Assembly (NCBI GenBank): GCA_050633305.1
Contig: JBOEGF010000012.1
Location: 1-59,384 of the forward strand
DNA from: Nannocystales bacterium
Lineage (GTDB): Bacteria; Myxococcota_A; Polyangia; Nannocystales; Nannocystaceae
Direction of reading: 5' to 3'
DNA length: 59,384 nt
Shown piece by piece: positions 40,319 through 50,448 of this stretch (position 1 is its first letter; the number at the start of each line of letters is the position of its first letter). The notes beneath the pieces were generated by a model that saw only the letters and a list, made by a program, of their open reading frames with translations, made no database searches and was not told the DNA's origin. Both the position numbers and the translations under genes were made by a program.

Positions 40319-41413
40319 TCAGCCACCCGTCGGTACGACGTCGACGATCATGACTTCGGGACGGCACCAAAATCGGATCCTGGGGGCGCCCGCCCGCTCC
40401 ATTCCGACCCCGCGTGAGACCAACAGCGTCGCCCCGCTGGGCAGCTCCGTGCGTCCCGACGCCCAGCTCCGTGGCACCTTGGAAAGCGTCAGCAACGGAC
40501 CGAAGCCGGGAAGCTGAACTTGGCCGCCATGGGTGTGCCCCGCCAGCAGGAGGTCGGCATCGATCTGGCCCAGCGCGAACGCTGGTCGATGGCCGAAGAC
40601 CACGTGCAGGCCTTGCCCGGTTCGCTCGACCTGCAGTCCGGGGTTGGCGGAGGGCCGCAGTCCGAAGCCGGTCAGGGCGACGTCGGGGCGGACCGAGCGA
40701 GTGGTGGTCTCGCGCGGCCACACCTGCAATCCGCTCGCCTCGGCCTCTCGAATCCACGCGTCGCCGTGCGGGTGCTCAGAGTCTCCCTCGACCAGGTAGA
40801 CGCCCAGCGGAGCGTCGAGTGCAAGCGGGGCGAGCACCCCGCGTAGGGCGGCCCAGGCCTTGGCATAGGCATCCTCGTCCTGGTGCTGGATCACGTCGCC
40901 GACGAACACGATCAGGTCGGGCTTGGCGTCGACAACCGCTTGCAGGGCAGCGCGCTCATGGTCGCCGGGAGCGTCGGTCTGCAGGTCGGCAATGACGGCG
41001 ATCCGCAAGGGTGCCTGCACCCGGTCACTCGCGATGCGGTGGTGGGTGACCTCCAGGTTCTGGGGCTCCCAGGCGAACGCATACGCGGACAGCACGATGC
41101 TGATGAGTCCCATCGATGCGAACGAGCCTTGGAGCGCTCGATGGGGTGTGTTTCGAATCGCGAGCGCGATCGCGGTGGCCGGGAACACGATCGCGAGGGA
41201 CCACGACCACACCAGCAGCTTGGAGAAGCCGCCAGGGTCGGGGGCCGTGAGCAGCCCGAGGGCCATGCTGATCCCGGTCGCGACCGCCAGCAGGCCGAAG
41301 GCCCGCTTCCACGATCCGGGCGCTCCCCACTTCGCGACGAGCCCGAGGGCCACGATGAGACCGAGGCACACGTGGACCACGAAGGCGGGAACCATCGAAG
41401 CGTTGGGGATCAT
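40319..41413 (-). CDS. Membrane-anchored calcineurin-like metallophosphoesterase (YkuE-like)
   Basis: Four N-terminal TMs; ADLQ, VGD, EGDSE, GHRP, AGHTHGGQV, SRGVG, RFWCRPE. Confidence 0.88.
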   Translation of the reverse strand: MIPNASMVPAFVVHVCLGLIVALGLVAKWGAPGSWKRAFGLLAVATGISMALGLLTAPDPGGFSKLLVWSWSLAIVFPATAIALAIRNTPHRALQGSFASMGLISIVLSAYAFAWEPQNLEVTHHRIASDRVQAPLRIAVIADLQTDAPGDHERAALQAVVDAKPDLIVFVGDVIQHQDEDAYAKAWAALRGVLAPLALDAPLGVYLVEGDSEHPHGDAWIREAEASGLQVWPRETTTRSVRPDVALTGFGLRPSANPGLQVERTGQGLHVVFGHRPAFALGQIDADLLLAGHTHGGQVQLPGFGPLLTLSKVPRSWASGRTELPSGATLLVSRGVGMERAGAPRIRFWCRPEVMIVDVVPTGG

Positions 41414-41651
41414 CGGCAGAGCGAGTGTGATGCATCGACCGGGCCCGGGCAGGCTTCAGCGGGGGCAGCGGCCCAAGGCGGGGCGTCGGTGGCAGGATCG
41501 AAGGGGTCAGCGGCGCGGGTCCGCCCCGACCGCGGCCCTCGCCTAACGAGGCGTTGTTTGCGCGAGAGGGGGCCGGGAGCTCGATGTACCGTAGGGGCAC
41601 ACGCCGCCGCGTTCGAGGGACGTTGCCCGTGGTCGTTGCGATCGGACCTGC

Positions 41652-42515
41652 ATGACGGAAGCCCCTCCCACGGCACCTTCGCGGCGACGCTGGCTCAAGC
41701 GCGCTGCGCTACGCGTCCTGGTGTTGGTCATCTTGGTCTGGTTGGTCCTGACGGCTTCGCTGTACTTCAGGCAGAACGACCTGTTGTTCATGCCGCGAGC
41801 GGAGATCGCCCGCACTCCCGAGGACATCGGGCTCCGGTTCGAGGACAAACGCGTGCGGACCGAGGATGGCGAGTCACTCGCGGCGTGGTGGATCCCGCAT
41901 CCCCAACCGCGATGCAGCGTGATTCACTTCCACGGCAACGCCGGCAATCGCAGCGGCCGACTCGCGGACGCGCGACGCTTTCATCGCTTGGGGTGCAACG
42001 TGCTCATGACCGACTACCGGGGATACGGAGGAAGCAGCGGCTCGCCGAGCGAGGCGGGGACCTACCTCGATGCCGAGGCGATGTGGGACGCCGCGCTCGA
42101 ATCGGGCGCCGACCCAGCATCGACGGTGGTGTTCGGCCGGTCTCTGGGAGGTCCTCATGCTGCCTACCTGGCATCCCGGCGCCCCGCAGGCGGGCTCATC
42201 CTGGAATCGACGTTCGAGTCGCTTCCTACGCTCGCCGACGACCTCTTCGGGTGGCTGAGCGTGCATGCGCTGGTGCGCAACGAGTACCCCACCGCCAAGT
42301 ACCTCGCTGCGTTCGAGGGACCCGTGTTGATCCTGCACAGCCCCGAAGACGACCTCATCCCGTTTGCCCATGGCCGCCGGCTGGCGGACGAGCGCGGTGC
42401 CACAGCCCGTTTGGTGGAACTCGCGGGCGACCACAACCACGGTCCGTCCGCCACGGGAGCGCCGTACGTCGCCGCACTCTCGGAGTTTGTGGACCGGGTC
42501 GTCCACGGACGCTGA
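41652..42515 (+). CDS. Alpha/beta hydrolase (ABHD13/Bem46-like)
   Basis: FHGNAGN, DYRGYG, GRSLGG, EDDLIP, GDHN. Confidence 0.9.
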   Translation: MTEAPPTAPSRRRWLKRAALRVLVLVILVWLVLTASLYFRQNDLLFMPRAEIARTPEDIGLRFEDKRVRTEDGESLAAWWIPHPQPRCSVIHFHGNAGNRSGRLADARRFHRLGCNVLMTDYRGYGGSSGSPSEAGTYLDAEAMWDAALESGADPASTVVFGRSLGGPHAAYLASRRPAGGLILESTFESLPTLADDLFGWLSVHALVRNEYPTAKYLAAFEGPVLILHSPEDDLIPFAHGRRLADERGATARLVELAGDHNHGPSATGAPYVAALSEFVDRVVHGR

Positions 42516-42531
42516 AGGAGGTTGGACGTCG

Positions 42532-43941
42532 ATGCTTCGTGCTGCCCTCCTCGGACACCAGGGATGGCTGCTGTCGTCGTCTTCGACGCGCGTCCTTGTG
42601 GACCCTCTTCTCACCGCCGGGTTTGGGCACGGCGGGCTGGCCGGCGCTGTGTTCCCTGGGCGCGTCATCGACTTGGGCCGGCTGAGCCCGATCGACGCGG
42701 TGTTCCTGACCCACGAACACGACGACCACTTCGACATTGCTTCGATCCTCCGGCTGGACCGCCGCATCCCGATCCTGATCTCGGCTCGCTCTTCGTTCGC
42801 GCTGTCCGAGTTCCTGCGCGCGCACGGATTCGAGGTCCGACGTCTCGAGCCCAACTCGGTCACTCGCGTTGGCGACCTGGACCTGCAGGTGTTCGTTGCG
42901 GACCACCGCACGACCCCCGATGCCGACGAGTGGGACGTGCTTCCGTTCATCGTCTCCGACGCAACGAGGCAGGGGGTGTTTGCCTCCAGTGTCGATGTGC
43001 CGATGCCCTCGACGATGCTCGAGGTGCTCGTCGAGATGCCGGGATGGCCGGGGGTTGTGTGCATCGCGAACAACACGACCGATACGCGGTTCGTGACGCG
43101 CGGGGCCGGGGTGCTTTCTCGATCGGACGACACCGAAGCCTTGGCCCGAGTTCTTGTTTGTCGATTCGACGCTTGGGCGCGGCGGCTGGAGCTTCCGCGC
43201 TTCATCGCGATCACCGGTGGCGGGTGGAGGCACCCCCCAGAGCTGGAGTGGGTGGACACGTTGGCGTTCAGCGTCGAGCCCGGCCGGTTGGCGAGTTCGT
43301 TGTCGAAGGCTCTCGGCACGCGCGTACACGCGATGCTTCCCGGAGAAGGCATCGCGCTGGAGGGCTCACGCACGACCGACATCTCGGAATCGGCGGTTTC
43401 GCTGCAGGGCCCAAGCGAGCGAGAGGGGCAGGCGAGGGTGGAGGTCCCACCGCTGCCAAGCCCCGCGTTGCGGCGTACGGCGGCCGACGACGACGAGACA
43501 AGGCTGGCGGCCGGGCTGGAGAGGTTTGCTCGCTTCCTCTACGGGCGTGAAGTCTTCACACAGGTTCACTCGCTGGCGTCCACGGACGCGCTTGCATTCG
43601 TCCTGCACAGGGCGTCCTCGCCGATCGTCTTCGCATACCGTCCTTGGGCGGGCGACTTTGAGCGCGTGACGACCCCCGATGCGTTCGTGCGGTACGCCTG
43701 TGGGTTCGAGTGCTGGGCCGTTGACTTGCTGGCGTTGTTCGAGGGTCGGCTCGCCGCGTCGGCGCTGTGCTACACGGGGCGACTGCGGTGCTGGAACCAC
43801 CTCCCTGCGCAGTTGCGTGTGTCACCCCAGCTGCTGTGGCTGTTCTCCCATCCGCTCCACCAGCCGAAGACCGCACGGGCTCTGTACGACCACGTCGCGG
43901 AGCACTGTGGCCCCGTCGCCATCGAGGTCCAGGCTCGCTGA
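42532..43941 (+). CDS. MBL-fold metallo-hydrolase with unknown C-terminal domain
   Basis: LGHQGW, LVDPLL, THEHDDH; AAGGAGG SD. Confidence 0.75.
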   Translation: MLRAALLGHQGWLLSSSSTRVLVDPLLTAGFGHGGLAGAVFPGRVIDLGRLSPIDAVFLTHEHDDHFDIASILRLDRRIPILISARSSFALSEFLRAHGFEVRRLEPNSVTRVGDLDLQVFVADHRTTPDADEWDVLPFIVSDATRQGVFASSVDVPMPSTMLEVLVEMPGWPGVVCIANNTTDTRFVTRGAGVLSRSDDTEALARVLVCRFDAWARRLELPRFIAITGGGWRHPPELEWVDTLAFSVEPGRLASSLSKALGTRVHAMLPGEGIALEGSRTTDISESAVSLQGPSEREGQARVEVPPLPSPALRRTAADDDETRLAAGLERFARFLYGREVFTQVHSLASTDALAFVLHRASSPIVFAYRPWAGDFERVTTPDAFVRYACGFECWAVDLLALFEGRLAASALCYTGRLRCWNHLPAQLRVSPQLLWLFSHPLHQPKTARALYDHVAEHCGPVAIEVQAR

Positions 43942-43983
43942 CTCGACGACGTCACAAGCCGGGCGAGCTGGACACGCTGGGTC

Positions 43984-45162
43984 TCACCCAAACAGGGCGC
44001 GGGCGATGACGAGCTTCTGGATCTCGCTCGTTCCCTCGTAGATCCGCAGGGCACGAATCTCCCGATAGAGTCGCTCGGGAGCCTCTCCCACGGTTACGCC
44101 GCGTCCTCCGAACGACTGCACCGCGCGGTCGATGGTGCGCTGTGCCGATTCGGTCGCGAACAGCTTGGCCATCGCGGCTTGGTCTGGGGTGGCACCGCCG
44201 CGGTCTCGTGCCGCGGCTGCACGATAGACGAGCAACTGGGCGGCGACGTGGTCGGTGGCAACGTCCGCCACCGCGAACCGGAGCCCCTGCTGCTTGGACA
44301 GGGGCTTGCCGAACTGCACGCGCGTGTTGAGGTGGGCGACGGTCTCGGACAGCGCCCGGTCGGCCAGCCCCAACGCCGCAGCACCCACGGTCACCCGGAA
44401 CACGTCCAGGTTGGCCAAGGCGATCCGCAATCCCTTGCCCGGCTCTCCAAGGCGATGGGCTGCGGGAACACGGACGCCGTCGAAGCGAACCTTGCCGATC
44501 GGGTGCGGCGCGATGACCTGCATGGGCTCCACGCTGAGACCCGGAGCGTCCCCAGGGACCCAGAATGCACCGAACCGCGGCTTTCCTCCCTCACCGTCTT
44601 CCGCTTCGCGGGCGAAGACCACGTAGCTGTCCGCGACACCAGCGTTGGAGATCCAGCATTTCTCCCCGTGCAACTGGACCCCGTCGCCGTCGGTCTCTGC
44701 ACGGGTCTGCATGCCCGAGACATCGCTTCCCGCTTCGGGCTCGGTCAGGGCGAACGCACAGATCGCTTCACCCGACACAACGCGGGGCAGGAGCTGTGAG
44801 CGCAACGCATCCGAGCCGCCGAGCGTCACCGGGTTGCTTCCCAGGCCCTGCATCACAAATGCCGTGTCGAGCGCTCCGCTGTGTCGGGAGAGCCACTGGC
44901 GAATGAGGCACAGCGGCGTGGAGCGGACTTGGGCGTGTGCGCCACCGTGGGCCTGGGGGGCCACGTATCGCAGCAGTCCGGCATCGGCGAGGCGCCGCAC
45001 ATACTCCCGGGTGCACGCATGCTCATCCGACTCGTCGATGTTGGCGGCCGCCAGTTCGGCGACAAACGACTCCAGGCGCGCCTCGAGCTCGTCGAGTTCG
45101 GCCGCGTCTCCGCAGACCCCAACGTCTCGGCGCGTGACCTTTGGATCTCCGAGGCCGGTCAT
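43984..45162 (-). CDS. Acyl-CoA dehydrogenase
   Basis: FALTEPEAGSD, GEKCWISNA, RVQFGKPL, AKLFATE, RIYEGTSEIQ. Confidence 0.95.
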   Translation of the reverse strand: MTGLGDPKVTRRDVGVCGDAAELDELEARLESFVAELAAANIDESDEHACTREYVRRLADAGLLRYVAPQAHGGAHAQVRSTPLCLIRQWLSRHSGALDTAFVMQGLGSNPVTLGGSDALRSQLLPRVVSGEAICAFALTEPEAGSDVSGMQTRAETDGDGVQLHGEKCWISNAGVADSYVVFAREAEDGEGGKPRFGAFWVPGDAPGLSVEPMQVIAPHPIGKVRFDGVRVPAAHRLGEPGKGLRIALANLDVFRVTVGAAALGLADRALSETVAHLNTRVQFGKPLSKQQGLRFAVADVATDHVAAQLLVYRAAAARDRGGATPDQAAMAKLFATESAQRTIDRAVQSFGGRGVTVGEAPERLYREIRALRIYEGTSEIQKLVIARALFG

Positions 45163-46001
45163 TTCCACACCGGGTCCCGTTTGCCGAGCCACGCATCGTT
45201 GGCCTCTTTGAAGTCCGGGTGCTCCATGCACAGGGTCTGGGCTTGCGCCTCGGCTTCGATCGCGTCGCCAAACCCGAGGTCGAGCTCCTTTTGCAGCATC
45301 ACCTTGGTCATCCGCAGGCCGAAGTGGGGGCCCGCGGCGAGCGTCTTGGCGAGCGTGAGCGCCTCCACGTCGACGTTGTCGCGGTCTTCATCGTCCACGA
45401 CCCGGGTGGCCAGGCCGATCTGCGCGCAGCGGTCGGCGTGAACGCGGCCGCCCAGCATCAGGATCTCCGATGCGTGTCCCAGTCCAACGACGCGCGGGAG
45501 GAGCCAGCTCGCGCCCATGTCCGCGCCGGAGAGTCCCACTTGCGGGAACAAGAACGAGAAGAACGAGTTCTTCCCCATCACCCGGAGGTCCGAGGCGAGC
45601 GCCATGACAGCTCCGGCCCCGGCCGCCACGCGCTTCACACTGGCGACGATCGGCAGGGGGCAACGCCGCATGTTGGCGATCAGCTCCCCGGTCATGCGTG
45701 TGAAGCGAAGCAGACCCTCGGTCTGACGCTCGAACAGCCGAGTGATGATGTCCTCGACGTCTCCTCCGCTGCAGAACGCCTTGCCCTTGCCCTGCAGGAC
45801 AAGCGCCCGCGCGCCGCCCTCGACCAAGGAGCGCCGCTCGATCGTCGCGAAGAAGTCGGTGAGCTCGCGATAGACCGCGAAGGTGAGCGCGTTGAAGCGG
45901 TCCGGCCTGTCGAGCGTGATGATGCCGACGCCGTCTCGCTCCTCGTACGAGAACGATTCGGGCGTCGGCATGGGGAGGGGGCGGAAGTCGGGATCGTTCA
46001 T
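45159..46001 (-). CDS. Enoyl-CoA hydratase family protein
   Basis: AFCSGGDV, AAGAGA, VGLSGADMGASWLLPRVVG, EAQAQTLCM. Confidence 0.93.
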   Translation of the reverse strand: MNDPDFRPLPMPTPESFSYEERDGVGIITLDRPDRFNALTFAVYRELTDFFATIERRSLVEGGARALVLQGKGKAFCSGGDVEDIITRLFERQTEGLLRFTRMTGELIANMRRCPLPIVASVKRVAAGAGAVMALASDLRVMGKNSFFSFLFPQVGLSGADMGASWLLPRVVGLGHASEILMLGGRVHADRCAQIGLATRVVDDEDRDNVDVEALTLAKTLAAGPHFGLRMTKVMLQKELDLGFGDAIEAEAQAQTLCMEHPDFKEANDAWLGKRDPVWK

Positions 46002-46405
46002 CAGGCGTTCTCTTCGGGGAGCACTGCGAGGGCTTGGATCTCAACCTGGGCGCGGTCCTCGACCAGTGCGGAAACCTGGACCAGCGCCATCGCGGGGTAG
46101 TGCTTGGGCATGAGGTCTCGGTACACGGCGCCCACGTCTTTGATGTTGCCCAGGTAGCCGTGTTTGTCGGTGACGTAGATCGTCAGGCTGATGATGGCCT
46201 CGTGGGTGGCACCGGCCGCCTCGACCACGTCGACGACGTTCTGCAACGCTTTGCGGAACTGCGGTACGAACTCGTCAGACACGATGACCTCGTCGGTGCC
46301 CCAGCCGATCATGCCGGCGACAGCGAGGAGTTGACCGCGAGCGGTCATGCCGTTGGCGTAGCCTTTGGGGCGCGGCCAGTCTTCGGGAAGGATTGTGGTG
46401 CTCAT
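46001..46405 (-). CDS. RidA family protein
   Basis: WPRPKGYANG, AGMIGW, HYPAMALVQVSALVEDRAQVEI. Confidence 0.92.
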   Translation of the reverse strand: MSTTILPEDWPRPKGYANGMTARGQLLAVAGMIGWGTDEVIVSDEFVPQFRKALQNVVDVVEAAGATHEAIISLTIYVTDKHGYLGNIKDVGAVYRDLMPKHYPAMALVQVSALVEDRAQVEIQALAVLPEENA

Positions 46406-47148
46406 GCTGTTTCGCCTCCGTCCAGGGGCAGGGCTGCGCCGGTCATGGACGCGGCGGCATCGGTCACGAGGTAGCTCACCAATGCCGCGACTTCGGTTGG
46501 ATCGATGAGCCGCTGCATGGGAGAGAACGACTCGAGGCTCTTGCGGGCTTCGTCCTCGGACCGACCGGTCTTCGAGGAGATGTTCTCGACTGCCGAGGCC
46601 ACGATGGCCGTGTCCGTGAACCCCGGGCAGATCGCGTTGACCGTGATGCCGGTCGGTGCCAACTCAACGGCCATGGCGCGTGTCATCGAGAGCAGGGCGC
46701 CTTTGCTCGCGGAGTAGGCCGCGGTGAATTTGTAGCCCTTGAGGGCCGCGGTCGAAACGATGTTCACGATGCGGCCCCATCCGGCCTTCTTCATGCCCCC
46801 GATGACCGCGCGGCAAAGCGTAAACGGGGCGGTTGCGTTGATGGCCATCGTTTGGGCCCACGTCGCGTCATCCGTGCGGTGCGCGGGGGCGGAGGGGGCG
46901 ACGCCAGCGTTGTTGACGAGAATCGAGGCATCCACGATGCGTTCGCACAGGCGCAGGCGATCGTCCGCGTGCTGCAGGTCCGCGACGTGGATCGAGCCGC
47001 CGAGTCGCTGGGCGTGGGCGCTCAGCGATGCTTCGTTCCGCCCAACCAGCAACAGTTCGCAGCTTGGGGCCAAGGATTCGGCGATCGCGAGACCGATACC
47101 TCGGCTGGCTCCTGTGATGACGGCGAGAGGCCGCTGTGGACGCGCCAT
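46402..47148 (-). CDS. SDR family oxidoreductase
   Basis: TGASRGIG, NNAG, YSASK, NAICPGFTDT. Confidence 0.95.
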   Translation of the reverse strand: MARPQRPLAVITGASRGIGLAIAESLAPSCELLLVGRNEASLSAHAQRLGGSIHVADLQHADDRLRLCERIVDASILVNNAGVAPSAPAHRTDDATWAQTMAINATAPFTLCRAVIGGMKKAGWGRIVNIVSTAALKGYKFTAAYSASKGALLSMTRAMAVELAPTGITVNAICPGFTDTAIVASAVENISSKTGRSEDEARKSLESFSPMQRLIDPTEVAALVSYLVTDAAASMTGAALPLDGGETA

Positions 47149-47190
47149 GAGGCGAGTCTACCTGTGGCCCCCCGCTCGCCCCCGTGAGAA

Positions 47191-50100
47191 CTATCGCTCC
47201 ACAACGCGGCTCGGCGTCGCGGGAGTCGCGGCGAACAACCCGATATCCCGGACGTGTACGACGTCGCTGGAAGAGGCGGACTCGAGGGCGAGAGACCACC
47301 GCGGAGCCAGGCTGCTCGGGACCCACCGCAGGGGCTTGGACTGCCACGTGCCGCTCCAGTCGTCGGGAGGGTCGAGCTCCGCAACCACCTCGGCATCGGC
47401 GCGGAGCACCAAGCGAGCCTCTGGCGAGACGTGTGCGCGTGTCAGGGTCACGACCACGTCCTGCGGTCCCGACGAGGGGAGGTACTCCGGCCCAAAACGA
47501 AGGGCCTCCGCAGGGGTCACGACGAGGCTCAGCCCCGCGATCTCCGGAGGCGGCGTCAGGTCGGGCCGGTACCGGGACAGGCCGCGTCCGGGAACCCAGA
47601 CCGTGGGTTCGAGGGGGTGTCCGAGGTCGTGCTTGGGTCCGAGCGTGACCGCTCGCAGTGTTGACCAGTCGACGGGGCGGTCAGGCGCCAGCCAACGAAC
47701 CTCAGCCAATCCTCCGTGGCTGCAAGTCGCCGTTGGGTGACCGCGATCCAGGGGCTCGATGCGAATGCTGCCCGGGCTGTCGAGAACGAACGGGCCCAGC
47801 GTGTCTCGGTGGCGGGTCGGAGCCCGCAGGCGGCGGAGGGGGACGCCGCGACCGTCGATCTGGACGGCGAGCTTCGCATTGCTGCGATCGGTGCCCGGGG
47901 TCATCACGAGCACGAGGGAGCCTAGCCCGAGGTTCTGCGGGAGGCGCAGTTGCAGCGGCGAGCCGCGTTTGAAACAGATCCCGCCGTTGGTGGTGGAGAA
48001 GGCGCCCTCGAGTTGAAGCGGCGTGGGCCCGCCGAGCTTCCAGCGACGCTCTCCGGTGCGGGCGGGGTCCACGTCCAGTCGGACCAAGACCATCCGGAGC
48101 TCATCTCGCGTGACGCGGCCGGGCATCGTCCGGACCACGGGAGTGAGGCGGTCGGTGAACAGCTCGAACGCGGTCAGCTCGATTGCACGGAAGGGCGGCG
48201 GAAGTCGGTGGTCAAACGCCGCTCGTGGGGTCGCACCCTCGCGTGGACGCATGTGGTGCGTCGACTCTCCCAGAAGCAGATAGACCGGGGGGGGTGCTTC
48301 GCCTTGCGCACGGGGCCGTTCCAAGAGCAGCTCGTAGGCTGAGGCGTAGGCCGCTTCTCGACCATGGTAGGGGAGGACGTCGATGCCGTGGCGCATCGCA
48401 AGGGCGCCTCCAACCTGGTTGAAGGTGTGCCCGTGATGCCAACCTTCGCCGCCTGCGATCACGACGGCGCCCGGTTCGAGCGCCTCGGCGATCGAGTCGA
48501 CGAGTCGGTCCGCGCCTTCGAACTCGCGCAGGCGCACGGTCGGCGTTCGGATCAACGGGACCGCGGTGGAGCCGAGGAGCCCCGCGAGCGCAGCAAGCGT
48601 CCAGACTCGGCGGGGCCAAGGGGGAAGGCGCTTGGCGACCCCGTGCAGCGTGGCGGTGCACAGCAGCGCGGCCGCGGGCAGCAGTTCTGGGGCGAGGTAT
48701 CGGCCGTAGTAGAACAACCCCGCGCGTGGCAGGTTCCGTTGTGCGTACAACAGGACGGTGGCGGCGAGAGTTGCCGCGATGGCGGTCAACCACACGTCGC
48801 GAGAACGAGTCAGTCGTACTCGCAGCGCGGCGCCGGGCAGGGCGAGGATCGTCCCGGCGAGCACCAACGGGCCGAACATCGCCCATGCGGGGTCGAGCCG
48901 GGCGTGGGTGCTCTCGGGGGACGTCCAGCGCAGGATGCCGTACAGGACCACGGAGCAGAGCGTCAGCGCGGAGACGGCTGCGGGGAGGTAGCGCCTGAGC
49001 AGGGCGCGGCGTGGGCCGTCGTCGCGGCGGTCGAACCAGAGCGCATCGATGCTCGACCAGGCGATCGCCAGACACGCGGCGCCGAGGACGAGGGTCCACG
49101 GGGAGCGCAGCCACGTGACGTGCAGCTGCTTGTTCAGCTCGTCCGCGAGGTACGGGAACGTGCTGTCAGCGTGGGCGAGGACGCCGCCCATCAGCACCAC
49201 CAGGTACACGAGTACCGGTCGTCGGCGCTCGGAGGCGTGACCGGGGAGCAGCCACAACACGGCCAAGAGAAGGGGGGCGGTCAGCCATGCGTTGCCCCGA
49301 ACCCATGCTGTGGCACCGAGCAACAGGGCGGCACGGTGAAGCCCTCTCATGTTGTGATCCGGACAACGGATCACGGAGAGCACGCCTGCCCAGAGCAGCA
49401 GGCTGGTCGGGGTCTCGGTCAATGGTGTGCGGTGGACCCAGATCGCCAGTGGGGTGGCGGCGACGAGCAACGCCGCGATGGATGCCCAACCGACCGATCG
49501 TAGGACGCGGCGCGCGACGAAGAAGAGCACCAACACCAACAAGAACGCCTCGAAGACGACGATGCCGTGCATCGAGTCCGGCCCGAACACCATCCCGAAG
49601 ACCGCCATCTGGGACGGGTGCAGATGGAAGAACTGCGGAGCGACGAGGCCTTCTTCTCGGTCAACCAGGTACCAGCCGGGTCGGTAGCTTCCTTCGTACG
49701 TGTTCTCGCGCCACGCCTCGACCCGCTTCGGCACGAGTCCCAGTATGTCGCCGGGTCCGGACCGGGTGCCGCGTTCCTCACTCGCACGCGCGAGGAGCGG
49801 ATCGTGGTGGGTGAACCCGCCGGTGCGGAGGAGCTGGGCGGCGCGGAGGGTGTACGTGCCCTGGTCGCGTCCCGCGAGGGAGTAGTCGGCTGCGGGAAGT
49901 CTGAGGCCCACCGCCAGGAGTCCGATCGCCAGCGGAAGCCAGACTCGACCCAGGCGAGGTGCGGGGCGGCTCACACTGCGTTCGCCCTGCCAGGGCCAGA
50001 GCATGGCGGCGAGGGTGAAGCAGGCCAGGGTGATCGAGGTCGTGTCGAACACCCCGAACATCCCCAGCACCACGGCCGCCATGCCGACATAGGTCAGCGC

Positions 50101-50214
50101 GACCACGGCGCACAGGGTCCACTGCTCGAGCCGATCTCCGTAGCCTTCTTCCCGCCTCGCGCGAGAGAGGAGGGCGGCCATCACCGCGATCGGACCGAGG
50201 GCAACCCAAAGCAT
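47191..50214 (-). CDS. Large polytopic membrane protein, GT-C glycosyltransferase-like with periplasmic C-terminus
   Basis: GRDQGTY, PQFFHL, RTPLTE, YYGRY, many TMs; GAGGAG SD. Confidence 0.7.
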   Translation of the reverse strand: MLWVALGPIAVMAALLSRARREEGYGDRLEQWTLCAVVALTYVGMAAVVLGMFGVFDTTSITLACFTLAAMLWPWQGERSVSRPAPRLGRVWLPLAIGLLAVGLRLPAADYSLAGRDQGTYTLRAAQLLRTGGFTHHDPLLARASEERGTRSGPGDILGLVPKRVEAWRENTYEGSYRPGWYLVDREEGLVAPQFFHLHPSQMAVFGMVFGPDSMHGIVVFEAFLLVLVLFFVARRVLRSVGWASIAALLVAATPLAIWVHRTPLTETPTSLLLWAGVLSVIRCPDHNMRGLHRAALLLGATAWVRGNAWLTAPLLLAVLWLLPGHASERRRPVLVYLVVLMGGVLAHADSTFPYLADELNKQLHVTWLRSPWTLVLGAACLAIAWSSIDALWFDRRDDGPRRALLRRYLPAAVSALTLCSVVLYGILRWTSPESTHARLDPAWAMFGPLVLAGTILALPGAALRVRLTRSRDVWLTAIAATLAATVLLYAQRNLPRAGLFYYGRYLAPELLPAAALLCTATLHGVAKRLPPWPRRVWTLAALAGLLGSTAVPLIRTPTVRLREFEGADRLVDSIAEALEPGAVVIAGGEGWHHGHTFNQVGGALAMRHGIDVLPYHGREAAYASAYELLLERPRAQGEAPPPVYLLLGESTHHMRPREGATPRAAFDHRLPPPFRAIELTAFELFTDRLTPVVRTMPGRVTRDELRMVLVRLDVDPARTGERRWKLGGPTPLQLEGAFSTTNGGICFKRGSPLQLRLPQNLGLGSLVLVMTPGTDRSNAKLAVQIDGRGVPLRRLRAPTRHRDTLGPFVLDSPGSIRIEPLDRGHPTATCSHGGLAEVRWLAPDRPVDWSTLRAVTLGPKHDLGHPLEPTVWVPGRGLSRYRPDLTPPPEIAGLSLVVTPAEALRFGPEYLPSSGPQDVVVTLTRAHVSPEARLVLRADAEVVAELDPPDDWSGTWQSKPLRWVPSSLAPRWSLALESASSSDVVHVRDIGLFAATPATPSRVVER

Positions 50215-50238
50215 CGTGGAAACGCTCCTCAGGCACGA

Positions 50239-50448
50239 CTACGCGCCGAGTGTCGGGACGTCGTCGAAGGTCACTTGGGAGGGGAGCGGTTCGGAGCCGA
50301 AGCGGGCGGCCCGGGTCGGCTCGTGCCAGGGCTTCGCCGCGAGGCGCCCCTGCGCCGCGGTCGCTCCGCTTGGGGCTTCGGTGTTCGCGCCGTCACACGC
50401 CGACAGGGCGAGGCCGAGCGCGAACGACGTGAGTGCGCGCGACACCAT
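50239..50448 (-). CDS. Possible small lipoprotein (69 aa)
   Basis: MVSRALTSFALGLALSAC lipobox; short with no other support. Confidence 0.4.
   Translation of the reverse strand: MVSRALTSFALGLALSACDGANTEAPSGATAAQGRLAAKPWHEPTRAARFGSEPLPSQVTFDDVPTLGA

Noticed and set aside
50215..50448. Small lipoprotein ORF is in frame with the 1007-aa GT-C gene across one TAG (readthrough or pseudogene?)
   Set aside because: The downstream gene has its own GAGGAG SD and ATG; same frame has a 1-in-3 chance.
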